DNA of 64,000 nt from Psammoneis japonica (Eukaryota). A program made the position numbers and the translations under genes. Below the pieces are notes generated by a model, which worked only from the letters and a program-made list of their open reading frames with translations, was not told where the DNA came from and ran no database searches. Where the stretch lies: contig QPGO01000173.1 in the NCBI GenBank assembly GCA_008632985.1, positions 1 through 64,000 of the forward strand. Direction: 5' to 3'. Shown here in pieces: positions 1-13,562 of the stretch; positions within the stretch are counted from its first letter, which is position 1; each line of letters begins with the position of its first letter.

Positions 1-2404
1 GCTCCTAGTACCGGTACTTTTCATCATCATCATCATCAGCAGCAGAAGCATCAGTTTTGGAGTGAGGGAGGATACGAGAAGAGAGGAAAAGACAACATTG
101 ACACGACTCATGCTCCTGAATTGTTTCCAATAGAGCGTCCACCTCCTCCAATGATGGCGAGGAATGAAAAGGGAGAAACGTTGGGGTCACTTAAATCCAA
201 CAAGAAAGACGTTCAGAAGCAGAATCCCCAGAAAAGTGGCGCCGGATTGCATCCTCACACGGATAACAAATTCAATACAGCATCCGCCGCAGCAAGCACT
301 AGTAGACCTCAGGATGAAGATATTGATGACATTCCTACAGAAGGAGTCAGTCCTCAGTTTATTGGTAACAAGAAATACGTACAGAAGCGGAATGCAAGGA
401 AAAAAGGCGCTGGGTTGCATCTTTACACGGATAACAAATTCAATACATCATCCACCGCAGCAAGTACTAGTACACCTCAGGATGAAGAGATTGCTGCCAT
501 TCCTACAGAAGGATTCAGTCCTCAGTTTAATGACCATGAAGATTTTGCTTCGTCCAATAGAATGCCGCAGCAGCAAGTATTTCCTGGGGCCTACCGTGAG
601 GGTGGCAGCTCGTCATTTCAACAGGATGAAGAATATACGCTGTCTGCTCCATCCATTCAAGACATGGCACCACCACCACAAGAAGAACAAGCGCCGCATG
701 GTGATTCCCCGCCCTTACTAACCGCTCATGTGGTGAATGAGGCTGAAGCTATTGTGGTCGATTCTCAACCCATAACGGATGGCGGCAGCAGCAGCAATAG
801 TCCCGGTGGGTGGTGGTCGTCACCACGAAACAGAATGTTCTTTTTGGTCGGCAGCATTGCACTTATTGCTGTTGGTGCTGTTGTGGGTGTGGTGATGGCG
901 CTTTCCGGCGGCAGTGATACGGCGAGTCAGGCGGCGATAACCTCTGAGCCGTCAATTGCTCCTACGCCTGAACCTACTCGTGAATCTGGACCAAAGACGG
1001 ACTCTCCCACACCTCCTTCTACGCTATCCCCAACACCCGTATCGCCGACGGACCCCTCTACAGATCCTCCAACATGGCCTCCATCTGGCTCCCCAACAGA
1101 TCATCCAAGTGTTTCTCCGACAGACTCCCCAACACCTTCCCCTAGTTTGTCGCCGACAGTCTCCCCAACATCTTCTCCTACTCTTCCTCCTAAGGTGTGG
1201 AAACAGGTTGGTTCCGATATCGAAGGTCCAAACACAAATGACTTTTTGGGAAATGCCATTGCGCTGTCGGAGGATGGCGAGCGCCTTGCCGTGGGAGCGA
1301 TGTGGCACGATTTCAACGACACCATGTTACGAACCGGCATTGTTCAATTGTATGATTTAAGAACCCTTGTGGGTCAAGACGAGGTGGAACCCTATTGGCA
1401 GCAACGTGGTCCCGACATTTATGGTGAAGCGCAAAATGCACACGCGGGTGCGTCCGTGGCGCTGGTTTGGCACCACGGTGGCGGTCGGAGCGTCTGGTCA
1501 CGAATATGATGGACAGGAGGATATTGGAATGGCCCGTGCATATGGCATCAGTGATCCAGATGATGATTATGCTGCACCGTATGGATGGGAAGTATACGGA
1601 TGGAATGCCTCGGATGAGCTCGGACGCTCCATTGCTCTATCCAGTGATACAAACATCATGGCTGTCGGTGCCCCGGGCACTTGGGACCGCCCTGGATATG
1701 CCGCGATCTACGGTTTTAACGATAGGGCATACCAGTGGGTTAGGTTGGGAGACAGAATTGAGGGTTTAAACAACGATGATTCCTTTGGATCAAGTCTATC
1801 TCTATCTCAAGATGGCTATCGAGTGGCAATTGGGGGCAGGTTTCACGATGTCGGAGATAAATACCGGGCCGGGCACGTTCAAGTGTATCAGTATGACAGA
1901 AGCGCTGAGACTTGGCTCCAACTAGGTGATGACATTGTCGGAAGAGAGACGCATACTTTATTTGGCGAAGATGTTTCACTAAATGCCGTTGGCAATCGCG
2001 TTGCCATTGGTGGGAGTGGAGATGGAGGTTACATCGGCGTCTACCAGTATGATCAAACATCGCAAAAATGGGAGACTCTCGGGGATGTTATCGAATCTGC
2101 AACAGGGACTGACTCGTTTGGTAGCTCAGTGTCGATGTCTGCTGCCGGTGATATTGTCGCCGGAGGTGCCACTTCTAGTGACGACGGGGGTCCGAGGTCC
2201 GGTCACGTACGTGTCTTTGAATTCATTGCCGACAAAGGTTCGTGGGAGCAGGTAGGGCCCTCCATTTTTGGCAGCGAGAACGATAATTTCGGTGCGTCCG
2301 TGTCCTTATCGTCAAATGGCCAGCGTATAGCAGTGGGTGCACCATATTTTGACGGAGCGAACGGCCAGCGCTGCGGTCACGTACAAGTCTTTGACCTGGT
2401 ATAG
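1..2404 (+). CDS. Single-pass membrane protein with PT/SPT-repeat stalk and C-terminal FG-GAP (integrin-alpha-like) beta-propeller; 5'-partial; apparent frameshift near 1467
   Basis: Frame 1 is open from base 1 into ORF 121..1509 (PGAY motif, TM FLVGSIALIAVGAVVGVVMAL, PTxSPT repeats). ORF 1367..2404 continues repeated FGxSVSLSxDGxRVAIGA blades in another frame; gcg ctg gtt t ggc acc acg suggests one extra base. Confidence 0.8.
190..528 (+). repeat. Intragenic tandem duplication of ~168 bp (56 aa)
   Basis: GAGLHPHTDNKFNTASAAASTSRPQDEDIDDIPTEGVSPQF vs GAGLHLYTDNKFNTSSTAASTSTPQDEEIAAIPTEGFSPQF. Confidence 0.9.
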
Positions 2405-2719
2405 TTATCGTGTTTGTCACCCTTCATGGACATTCGCATACAGTTTGATCCAATACGTTACCTTTGTAAGACGGTCTCTCGATTCCGTTTCTTGATCCCG
2501 ATTGACAGTTTACTCATTACTACGTAGTTTTGCAAGATCATCAAAGTTGTTTCAGGACGATTTGCATCCAAGTCTACTCGTAAATGCCTACGTTCTCGCA
2601 ATGCGATCTGTACATAAGTGCACGGCTATGTACTCAGTGTGTATCATGGATCACTGGCACTGTTCCGTCTAACTCCTGTCGGACGGGAGTCTATGGTTTA
2701 GCATCTTTCATCGCCATCC

Positions 2720-3963
2720 CGCAGGAAACACCTGGCTTGCATGATGCATTTCAGGCGACCAATGCTCCGTTGCAATCCCACGGCTCCTTTGAGCATCTTC
2801 CAGCGTTGCACTCTCTGGTCCCGATGGATCCGTTGTCACAACTGAGACGAGGAAGACACATTTGCCACAACACACTCACCATGCAAGCGTCTGGCACCAC
2901 GTGTTTGTGCACCAGATCTTCAATGATGCATGGCACAAAAAACATGACATCAGCAGGGATGACCATTGCAGTGGAAAATCGAGCACTCTGCTGGCTGGTT
3001 GTTGCACAAGCCACAAGACACCGCACCTTCTTAAGCCAGCACAGAGCTTGCAGGTTCAGGGCAACCCAGGCATGTGCTGAAGCAAAAACTCACTCTCCAG
3101 TTTCAATGTGATGGCATTGATGATGAAAAAGACTGAGCGTGGCTGCAGCTCTTCAGATGGCCCATGGCTTTGCAAACTGCCCAATGCAGCCAAGCAAGCA
3201 ATGCCAGTGTGTGGCCTCAGAAACAGGCCCAGGAGGAGTGTGCCTGCTCATGACCATGTGAGCAAGCCCCCTCCCCCCAGCAGCAGCAGAAAGAAGAAAA
3301 AGGACAGGTGGCAGGTGGTGGGAGAGATTTTTCAATGGCCACTGTGACAGCCAAGCTGATGATCTCAGCATGGCAGCTGACCAGGAACTGCACTGTCCAA
3401 ACACTGTGGCTGCCTTCAGGGACTGTGACAGTGCCAGAGCACATCTTTTTTCCAACAACAAGTGTGCCACACACAACCTGCACTGGTTCAATCAAGTGAC
3501 TGCAAAAGATTTGATGATGGAAGCTGGGGGAACACCTGCATGCATGAGGTGTTTCTGGTCCTGCCCTTTTCCACAGCTTTTGGCTCATTTGGGCTGAGAT
3601 CAGACCTGCGCTGATTTGCCCATTTTGTGCCAGACCCAAAGGACCCCAACCACACAAAGCCCTGGTTGCAAGGTGTTGCACACCAATTTTTGCCTGTGAG
3701 AACACAAGTGTGTGCCATGATGAGATGGCCTTGCCTTGGGGCCAACTCCAGTTTCATGGCTCATGTCCACACAGTGATGTGTGCGATGAGAGTTTGCATT
3801 TCTTGCACCACCGCTGTGTCCCATGACCCCAACACTTGTGCCCTCTCAACAATGCTTGCTCATTGGAGTGACCACAGCAGTGGCCATGCCACTCCATCAC
3901 ATGGCTTTGGCAAAGTGAGTGAATCTGCCTGGACTTGCCATGTGGACCCACAAAGAGAGACAG

Positions 3964-4000
<37 letters not shown>

Positions 4001-4940
4001 AGCCTGCTGGCCATTTGTCCTGCACAAGAGACTGTGAGCCTGCTGCTGGGGCACTCTTCCAATGCACTGAAAGAAGAAGCTGCCAACTTGCAATGCTGCA
4101 GAAAGAGCCAACTTGTCATGGGGATTTTGTGTGAGGCCAAAGAGTGAAAATTGGCCCTGAACAAAAGGCCCCAAGTTGGATGGCACAGACAAGCTGGAAG
4201 CCAAGAAAAGGGTTGTCACTGCCGCTCTTCCTGAGCAGTGGCAAGAGCAAAACAACAGAAGGTGCAGCAGGAGGGGTGCAGGACATGCTCAGTTTCAGGG
4301 CAGCTTTTTGAAAGAGGCCAAAGCAGAGAAGAGAATTTGTGAAAGATGAGCAGCTGCGTGGTGCGCACAGAAAAAAACCTGGTGCACCATTGTTTTTGGC
4401 AGTGAACAATGAAGTCAGTGAGTGGACCAAGCACATCCAGTGCATTTGTGCATGATGATGATCTGCTCTTGGGGAAACAGAAACACCAGCACACAGCGAA
4501 GCCAAGCAGCCAGCCGTGCTCTGCTGCGTGCACACACTGTGCGCGCAAATCTGTGGGAGATGTCGACGGGCAACAGCACAGCACCAAGATCAAGAATTGC
4601 AAACAACTGGAGGGGACTCTGTGTGAATGTGTCATTGCCAGTGGCTTTTGTTGCTTGAACAGAGTTGCAAACTGACCAGCAAACTGGCAGCTCTTCCAAC
4701 AAGAACAAGAAGATGGGGAGATCACCGGTGGCGCCGAGAGAGACTTTTTGTGACACACCTGGTGTTGTTGTCATTGCACAGGTCTAAGGCCAACAGGAGG
4801 ACCCTGTCATGGCATTCATCAACTTTGATTCAGCAGTGAAGAAAGGAGCGACCTGTGTGAGACATGATCACCATGCGACAAACAGCAGCATGACCCCTTT
4901 GTGTTCAAAATGTGGGCGGTTGTGCTTCCATTGGCTCAGA
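2720..4940. mobile_element. Decayed repeat/transposon island 1, family unassignable; TpA- and CpG-depleted
   Basis: Almost no TA, large TG/CA excess, many overlapping Cys/His-rich and Tyr-free ORFs; same signature as the island holding recognisable TE domains. Confidence 0.6.
3965..4000 (+). repeat. (CAA)12 microsatellite
   Basis: Directly visible. Confidence 0.95.
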
Positions 4941-5042
4941 AGATATCACATCATGAAAATACATACAAACATGAATACATTGATTACGATTGCTTCCGAC
5001 AGATATGCAAGCACTTGTTTTCACTCTTGAACCTTGTCGACA

Positions 5043-6680
5043 ATGGCGACGACTGCTGTCAAGAATGAGATTGACGAGTCAGTTTCAGGCATATTGTATA
5101 GTTCCTATGGTGCTGTCAACAATGATGAGGAAAAGGATGAAACAGAGGATGAAGCAGCACGTCAATTTCATCTTTTGCGTCGGTTATCGTCGCCACACCT
5201 TTCCTTTACAGAACCAGCTTATTCATCACGTCAACATGGACATGCTGCTGGTATTATGCTATCAGTTCGCCAGGTTTATAAGAATTCTGTAAGAGATACA
5301 ATCTCAAAAGCACTCCATTTCGGAGGAAAGCCGAGCTCTGTTCGAGATGTGCCGGGGACCGCAACTGTCCCGAACGAAATTCTCAATCTCGTCAAGAACA
5401 TTGTCGGTGCAGGCGCTCTAGCACTACCCGGAGGTGTCGCAGCCTTTGCCACTGCACCTTCCGTCTTGTACGGTGCATCGGTTTGGCTTGTTATTATGGC
5501 TGCTATTTTTGGATACTACTTTTTGCTGATTGGGCGGACATGCAAACTTTCAGGGACTTGTTCCTATGCCGAAGCGTGGGAACGAACCATGGGAGAAGCC
5601 GGAGCAGGTTTCGTGGCTTTTTCTGTAGCGCTAAAGGCTGGAATGGGTAATCTGGAATGTAGCATGATTCTTGCGGATACCTTTCGAGATTTGAGTTCAT
5701 CCGTTGGACTGTCTGTCTCGAGGAGTACGGCGCTGCTTTGCATCACGGTTGTGGCGCTTTTGCCTCTTTGTCTATTGAAGAATCTTGCGGTTCTAGCACC
5801 GTTCAGTATGCTTGGACTCGCGGCTATGCTATTTACATCCATTGCAATGGCGATTCGTTATTTCGATGGAAGCTACGACAGAAGTGTGGAAGGAAAATTC
5901 CTTGGTGATATTGAGGAGGAAATGCAACCCTCGTTTGGAACTACGGGTGCCATGGCTGCGTTTCACTTGAATGTGCTAGTCTTTCTCTGTATGATTTCCG
6001 AGGCATACATTGCTCATTATAATTCGCCTCGGTTCTGGATCGAACTCAAGAATCGTTCCGTCAAGAGATTTGCATCCGTCGTTGCTTGGTCCTATGCTAT
6101 TTCGGCGACCTATTATATTTTCGTCACTTCCATTGGATTCCTTACGTTTGGAGCAAGCTCATCTGGCTTCATCTTGGACAATTACTCCACCAATGATATT
6201 CTCGCTTCCGTATCCCGTGCATGTGTGGGATTTTCACTCATTTTTACCTATCCAATCATTTTCGTTGGTACGTTCAGTCCTTGAGGGAGTTCTTTGTGTT
6301 TTTGAGATCGCTAACCTCTTCATCTTTGCAAATCTGAATCTACTCAAGGCTTTCGAGACGCCATGTTGGACGTGATCATGATTCCCCACGAACAGCGAAC
6401 GTCACACAATCTGAACATCTTGACACTGATACTTCTTACAATCATTACATTGCTTGCGGCGTTGCTCAAGGATCTTGGAGTCGTGGTTGCCGTCGGTGGA
6501 GGAAGTCTAGGGACAATTGTAGTATTTGTCGTTCCGACCCTAATGTTTTGCCGGGCTGTCAACTTGCTGGGTGACAAGGCATCAGCAAACCTAAAGCGTG
6601 AGACGATACTGGTGAAAGGGTTCATGTGGTTTGGCATTTTCATGGGTGTTGTTGGTGTTTGGTTAGCTCTCACAACCTAA
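5043..6680 (+). CDS. Amino acid transporter, AAAP/SLC38-like (Aa_trans); 2 exons, intron ~6268-6348
   Basis: NLVKNIVGAGALALP, many TM helices, GFLTFG, FILDNYS, FTYP; GT..AG splice gives FVG|FRDAMLD in frame. Confidence 0.9.
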
Positions 6681-6943
6681 AATTTTGAAACGGTCTAGCT
6701 CTGCCATGGCTTTGGATGTTTCCTGCTCTTTAATTGTTTAATGGCTTGTAGATGAGTGGGGCAAACGCTGCGCCAGGAAGAGCGAGCTACTAGCAGCTGC
6801 TATAGATAGCACCTAATCGTAGAGACCTAATTCTAACTAACAAACCAAACCAATTTCTATTATCGGCACCAAGTCCTTATTTCCGGGTCTTTCTCTCGAG
6901 CTCACCGCATGTTTTTCTCACTCGGAATTACGAAGTCAACACG

Positions 6944-7789
6944 ATGATGCGTCCACGGCGTTGTGCCTTTTCTCTTGTTTCTTCTCGATGCCTGTCTTCT
7001 TCTTCATCCAGTCCTAATGTAGCTACTGTCATCCAGGGTCCTTCGTTGGTTCAAACGGGAAATCCCAATCGTCCTTCACCCTCACTCATGTTTCTTCCGG
7101 CGCTTCGAAGTCTGCCGTACTGGACGCTTCAGGACACCCAAGACGGAACCACCAGAGTCGCCTATCAGGACAAGTACTTGCAAGAAATTGTCGACTTGTT
7201 GGAGTCTAATGCTCCAGCTATCGAAGAAGAATATCGGAAATCTTCCAATCAAGTCGAGTCAGACTATGACGTATCACAAGGTGCTGAACACGCCAACGAT
7301 GCGTTGCATACGGGCACTTGGGATTGGCATTCATACATGCTCAAGGGCGTAATTCAAAAAGACACACCCTTTCAACTACACTTTCCATTAACATTTTCAG
7401 TTTTGCAGCAATTAAAAGAAACTGGGGCCTTGTTTGATGAGGTTCCGTTTGGTTTCTCCTTCTTTTCCATTCTCCACCCACAATCGAAAATCAAGGCACA
7501 CGTTGGGCCAATGAATTTTCGGTTGCGAATTCATTTACCTCTGATTGTACCAGGTGGATGTGGAATCAGTGTCGCTCATCAAGAACGACAATGGCATGCA
7601 AACAAGGCGTTGGTCTTGGACGATTCCTTTCTTCATCACGTGTGGAATGATAATGCAAATCAAGCGAGGGTGTTACTCTTGGTGGATGTATGGCATCCCG
7701 ACGTCAGTCGAGATGAACGAGAAGCTATAAGAAACATGTTTCGACATGCCCAGGAACAAGGTTGGCTAGGGAAGAAGGGAAAAGAATAA
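6944..7789 (+). CDS. Aspartyl/asparaginyl beta-hydroxylase-domain 2OG-Fe(II) dioxygenase, probable mitochondrial transit peptide
   Basis: IKAHVGPMNFRLRIHLPLIVP, DDSFLHHVWN, RVLLLVDVWHPD; Arg/Ser-rich N-terminus. Confidence 0.9.
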   Translation: MMRPRRCAFSLVSSRCLSSSSSSPNVATVIQGPSLVQTGNPNRPSPSLMFLPALRSLPYWTLQDTQDGTTRVAYQDKYLQEIVDLLESNAPAIEEEYRKSSNQVESDYDVSQGAEHANDALHTGTWDWHSYMLKGVIQKDTPFQLHFPLTFSVLQQLKETGALFDEVPFGFSFFSILHPQSKIKAHVGPMNFRLRIHLPLIVPGGCGISVAHQERQWHANKALVLDDSFLHHVWNDNANQARVLLLVDVWHPDVSRDEREAIRNMFRHAQEQGWLGKKGKE

Positions 7790-7978
7790 CGCATACTCGT
7801 TTCCTTGTCACATACCGCAAGGAGCCCTTATTTCTAGTATTATGTGAATCCTAAAGTCTAAATTGTTAAAACTGTGTAGTTGTATATGTATTTCACAAGA
7901 GAAAAGAGTAATGCCTCGTGTAATGTATAGGTACGCTTGTCAAAAGATGCCATGCAACCTTTCGCATCATCCTTCGAA

Positions 7979-8993
7979 CTAGAAATCAAAGGACAATGGC
8001 TTGTCACTGGATCTAAAGAGTCGACGAATCGCAAAGGCCAAGCGATCTTCCTGACTCTTGTTGTTCAAAGACAGCGTAGACGTTTCATAGAAAAAGAGCT
8101 TGGGGTCGACAGGCAAGTGTTCTTGGTGTCGGCATATGCCGACTATATCCAATCCATCCGACTGCTCTACGTCGAAGCGTTCCATTGCTTGGCGTTGTTT
8201 CGTGACAATGGTTTGAAGTTCCGTCTTCATGTCTCTGATTTCGTTATCCAGCTTACTGTAGGCTTGCTTTACTTGCATGGTTTGGACGCCACATTCGATA
8301 TGGGTAAGAATGGACTTGACCCATATAGCTAGTCCCTTGCTATCGGCTTGAAGTTTCTCCACTTGTTTCCCCCACAAAACCATGTGATGGATTGATCGAC
8401 ATAGCTGAGCCTCCAATGATATAACGTATGGTGAGATCGGTTTTGCTGGTTCTTCACCATGCTCAGGAGGGTCCGGACGTCTCATATTCTTGACAGCGGT
8501 GAAGTACAGTTGAGATGGGCTTTCGTTGCTCTGCATGTTTTTGAACATTAAATCGTGTATCGCCGTTCCAAGGTTCTTGCGCTTCTCCCTCAACTCGTGC
8601 AATTCAATTTGACGGGCAGCTCTGACTCTTTCCCTCCTTGCGCAGACCTGATCCAGTGCGTCTTAAACTTTGCGATGACCGCATCCATCTCATCTATCAC
8701 GTTGTCTCGGCTTCCATTGGATCTATCGTCTTGCGGGTTCTCGCTTGTCATGGTCGATGTTCAAAAGGTTGAGTAGAATAGGCCCGGATCGACGCAAGGC
8801 GCTGACGGTCGCAGCAATCTTGATACCAGGGCGGGGAAGGTAGAGGCCGAACACGTTGTTTCGACACTCCGGTACTCGTAATTGGGTGAAACCGGTCTTC
8901 ACTACTCGCTGCAACACGTTGACTTTGTCGTGCTTTTCCCCGCAGAAATGTGGTGAGCAACTTGTGAAACATCTTGCGGATGGTGGCCAACAT
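7979..8993 (-). CDS. Hypothetical protein, partly coiled-coil; structure uncertain (frame breaks)
   Basis: 207-aa ORF 7979..8602 with natural composition; upstream coding-like segments in other frames. Confidence 0.35.
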
Positions 8994-9266
8994 CTAAGCC
9001 CCCTGTCAACAGTCATTTCAGGCTTATGTGTTTTTGTGGAAAGCAAGTTTCAGAATGACCCTGCATAAATGCCAGCGATGGTGGGTCATAATGATGATTA
9101 TCATGCTGTTATACATTTATAAAATTTAACGCAGGGGGTGCACACATTTTCACGAAATCAAGAAGAGGGGAATCCATCAACAACAAACTGTGATTGGTCA
9201 TTCTGGAATGAATTCGCACCTCTAACAACTTCCTTGTGTTGATCGAGCACTACCGATCAGTCGATC

Positions 9267-11459
9267 ATGTCACGGTCGTCCATACAAATACTCCTCTTTG
9301 TGGCGTTTGTTGTTGTCCTGGTTCTCCTGTCAGGAGTGAACGAAGGTGAGCTAATCTTGACAAAGTGGGTTGAGTTAAGTACAACTTTCTTATTCATCCT
9401 TGCATTGGTTTCATTCTTTATTCAACGAATGTTACTCCTGTTTCCGGCCACGTAGACATCCTTCCTCTGAGAAACCTTCGTGGTGATTCGATCTTGTCTC
9501 GGAGCGAAAACATAGTGTGAATATCGCGCCGAATGAGCTTGGAAAGTCCCGTGCGCTTAACGATGGGGGCACGGTCGGAACGTTCCCCATTGTACGAAAA
9601 GTTAAAAAAGTCTCAGCAAGCCGTAATGAGGGAGAATTCAGACCCACCCACCTTGTCGAAGCGCGCATGGTGAAAACAAATAGTCAAGGTCGACCCGAAA
9701 AGAGTTCCAAACCTGCTAACGCTGCAAAGCCTCAACAAAACGAAAAGCCTACCATTGGAGGGACGACCCCAGAAAAGATGCCAAAGCATATTAAGCCTGA
9801 ACCTAAACGCCCGGAGACTCCGATAGACGGCATCCGAAATAAAAATAGCCTGGGTGTTGAGCATTCACATCCTGCTGCTCATGGGAAGCCCATTGTGGTG
9901 GAGAAGCAACGCCAACCTGAAGTGAAGGAAAAGTCACACCCAGTACACGACAAACACCGTAAACCTGGCACCACTGTCGAGAAAAAATCTGCAGTGACCA
10001 ATTCCCACCGCAAGCCTACTATCACCGACCAACCCAACGGCAAACCGCCTCAAGGAAAGCCTGTTGATACGCCAAAAAACACCTTTGGTCTCGAAACAAA
10101 GCCGGGACCAGCTTTGGCTGTGACTAAAACCCGTAAACCAACTGACGACATGCCAGCTGGCACGGCTCCAAAGCTTACTTATGGGGGTGAGAAGAAGCCT
10201 AATCCAGCAGTTAAAGGAGACAACAACGGTAACTCCCCAGGCTGGAAGCCTAAAATCAATCCTTCTGAGAACGATTCGCAGCGGAAGCCTCAGCCCTGGA
10301 GCGGTGGAAAAAGTCTAGGACATTGGAATCCCAGCTCCAACAGCCAGCCCAACATTAGCACATCCAACAAAACAACACGTGATCAACCAACTAAACCGTA
10401 CACGAAAAAGGCGCATCCGTCTCCTCCCGTTAACAAGAAACGTGAGCCACCGACTCAACCTCACGTCAAAGAAATGCGTCCTCTTCCTCCAGTCGAAGAA
10501 ACAAGAGAAAGCACTAAAACCAAGCCCGAGTCACAAGGGCCTCATAAAACACCACATGGCACTATAAGGAAGCCAGAGTCACCGGGTAAGCCCACTGGCA
10601 ACACCCAGCCTAGGACAGGAACGCCAAAGATTGACAGTCCCGGGCAGTTCCGTGAAAAAAAGAATACCCAAGGCCAAGAAAGCGTCATGTCAAGTATTGG
10701 AAGACAACCTGCGCCAGCCCAAAAGCCTCCGGATAAACCGGAAACGGTGATTGAGAACCATTATCCACCAAAGAAGCATCCTAAAGGACATCAGAAGCAG
10801 ATTGTCGACCATGAGAACAAAAGGCAGCATCCCAAGCCTCCCGAGCCGAAAGCGCTAAAAGTACCAATCGGTAGTGACGAATGGAAGTACCGAGCCTACC
10901 TAGTTGGAAGAATGAAATACAAGTCCGTCATGAAGAAAGAGCAATGCGAGCAATTTGAAGCACCGAAGCAGAAGCTGTGTCAAAAGGTTGTTTCGTGTGT
11001 TGATGGAATGTGCTTTGAAAGCATACAAGCTGCCATGGACTCAACGACATGTGGAGATTGTGACATCTCTACGGAAGAAATCAGTCATGCTATGCCAACC
11101 GATTAGGCCAAGCAGCTGCGACACTGTCGTTAGAGCCATTGTTGCGACTATATCGCAAATTAAATTGAAATAGCTATTCGTTATTGTCGCGAGCAACGAC
11201 ATTCCCCACCAGAATTTTGAAGCCGATGTTGGACTTGGACGAATTCAATGCCATTATGATTTGGAAAAAGTTCCACAGAGTCGCGAAATTGTCTCTCTCG
11301 GGTATGGATTTTGATCTCGTCACTACTGGTGACTCGATACAGGAAGAGCGAGTCCAGCGATTGCTTTCTTCGTTTCTTTTCTTGAACGATTGCGCTGGAT
11401 CAACATTGCAATTCAATCCAATCCTAAAAATTACCCAGTTAACTACAGTTGCCGCCTGA
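9267..11459 (+). CDS. Secreted or membrane-anchored Pro/Lys-rich low-complexity protein with Cys-rich C-terminal part; intron ~9346-9455; frame breaks near 9510 and 11100
   Basis: Hydrophobic N-terminus MSRSSIQILLFVAFVVVLVLL, gtgag donor, NLRG motif after acceptor, 529-aa P/K-rich ORF 9517..11106. Confidence 0.55.
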
Positions 11460-11715
11460 GGCTTCTGAGGTAGCCCATAGCGTGAAACTAGGTTACGAGC
11501 CCAACCTCATTGGCGGCTAAGTGGTATCCGTTCTTGAAGATAATCTGACCGAGAACACCAGTTTGAGATGGAATGCTAGGTCGGAAAATGTACAATGTCT
11601 TGTGTACCAGAACACGAGACTATGCCATCACACCTTCCGTTCACATACTTGCCGACATATCCAGTGACAATCTAGCTTTCAAAGGTGTAGCTAACGACGA
11701 AGACTGCTGGAAACA

Positions 11716-12033
11716 TCAGTTGTCTTTCCGAACTTCCTTCTTTATGACTTTCACCTCCCAAGACCCAAAATTGCCCTTGAGTAAAAAGCTCCCTGTACGA
11801 AAGCTGTCTTCGATGACAGTGCCCTCCTTTACACTGTCATAGTACTCTTTATCCACGGGGATCTCAAAGGTCGCCGAGTTGAGGGATTCGGCAAGGTGAT
11901 TTCGCCAATTCAGACTAAGACGTGTTTGACTGATTCGATAGGTAACAATGTAACGCTTATGAGCTGCAATTACATTCATATTCCTGCTCAAGGCAACCAC
12001 AAGAATGGCAAAGAAGGTTGCCCCAGTTTTCAT
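11716..12033 (-). CDS. Small intronless secreted hypothetical protein resembling a bacterial/phage-type domain
   Basis: Signal-like N-terminus, then FEIPVDKEYYDSVKEGTVIEDSFRTGSFLLKGNFGSWEVKV. Confidence 0.55.
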   Translation of the reverse strand: MKTGATFFAILVVALSRNMNVIAAHKRYIVTYRISQTRLSLNWRNHLAESLNSATFEIPVDKEYYDSVKEGTVIEDSFRTGSFLLKGNFGSWEVKVIKKEVRKDN

Positions 12034-12610
12034 TTGAAAACACTCAATTCCTTGTTGGCTTTACATGAGGGTTTCCACTGAACGGGAAACTCATGGTATG
12101 TGTCATTTCAGTTTCAGATTTTCCGGTATGGCTTTTGAACGACTGAAAATAGAAAGAGAAGCGCTTACGCTTGCCGTCCCGACCATTTTGTGTGGTGATG
12201 GCCATTCTGTGAGACGCCGCGCGATCGATCTTTGTTGCCCATGTTTTCAACGGATTCACTATCACGAAATGTGAAGTTTGGCGATCAAACAACTCTTACG
12301 AGCGCAATTAGGGACAATTTGGTAATATAGCCCCAACGAAGATTCATCGTGTTCAAAATGCGATATATGGACATTTTCGATTTGGAGATCAGAATTTGCC
12401 GCCAACGCCGGCCAACGCGCGCAAAACTGATGGTGATAACAGTACTGTAGGTCCTCTACTTGTACGGTACAGTGCCCCTCTAGCTAGCTAGATTTTTATG
12501 TCGACAACATGCAATAACATCATCAGCGACGACGACGGCAGTGCTTTCAACCAAAACTCGAAGCGATTCAGATAAAACCCGTGGCTTTTGTTTTCGAGAG
12601 AATAAATAGT

Positions 12611-13562
12611 ATGAGGTTCTTATTTCAACGAGATACTGCAGAAGTTTCAGCAATGGACTCCTCCTCCTCGCAATTCTCGTCTTGCGGCGATCTCGACATG
12701 GTGCATCATCCGAAAAAGCTCATGCTGCTGGAAAGCCCAGAATCCTTTTCGACTACAGACACGACTTTGGAAGAAGACGATGATATATTCGTGATGCCAT
12801 TGGTTGTGGATGAAAAGCCATTGAGAATGACCTATAGCAGCGACTCATCTTCGTCTGAAGAAGCATCAAATATGGAAAACGAAACGAGTGAAAGGTATGC
12901 GGATCAAGACACTTGCGACTGCAGTGCCGACTCTTCGATTGGATTCGTCATGGGTTATCCACAATTCGATGAATCGGCTACTGAAACACACCAAGTGACT
13001 TATCATGGAAGAAGAATTAGAAGAGGCAGTGGTGTTAGGTTTGGTAAGGTGGAGGTTCGAGAATACGAACGAACTGTTGGGGACAACCCGGTAGGTATTG
13101 AGATTGTTGTGGCTTGTCATGGTATCGCATCGTTATGTTCTTATGTCATTCTTTTTTCATCATTACAACTCTTAGGCGTGTTCCTCTGGGGCACCTCTTA
13201 CGCTAGGATGGAGGTACAATCTTCCGCAAGAACAGATATGGATCGACGAATACGAAGCTCTTCGAGCACCGGTAAGGCGCTCCAGTCGAAAGGCAATGGT
13301 TCTCAAAGCACGGGACCGTGACGAGTTGTTACGAAAGGAGTGGCAAGTATCACCAGCTCGTATTGAACGTGCAAGCAACCGAATGGCTTTTCTTCAACAG
13401 TTGCGCATGGACTCGCTGAATTATACCTGTATGGAACGATTGGAGTTGGTTGGGTCTGTCTCCAAGAATTGTCTTGACAAAATCATACCAAAAAAGAAGA
13501 ACAAGAGCAAACGTGACAAGCAAGGGGAGCTTTTGGGATCCTTTTTGCCAATGGAAAAATGA
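12611..13562 (+). CDS. Diatom-type hypothetical protein with VRF..V.VREY..TVGDNP..SSG.PLTLGW motif; intron ~13091-13175
   Basis: VRFGKVEVREYERTVGDNP continues after GT..AG as ..SSGAPLTLGW and joins ORF 13296..13562. Confidence 0.7.
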
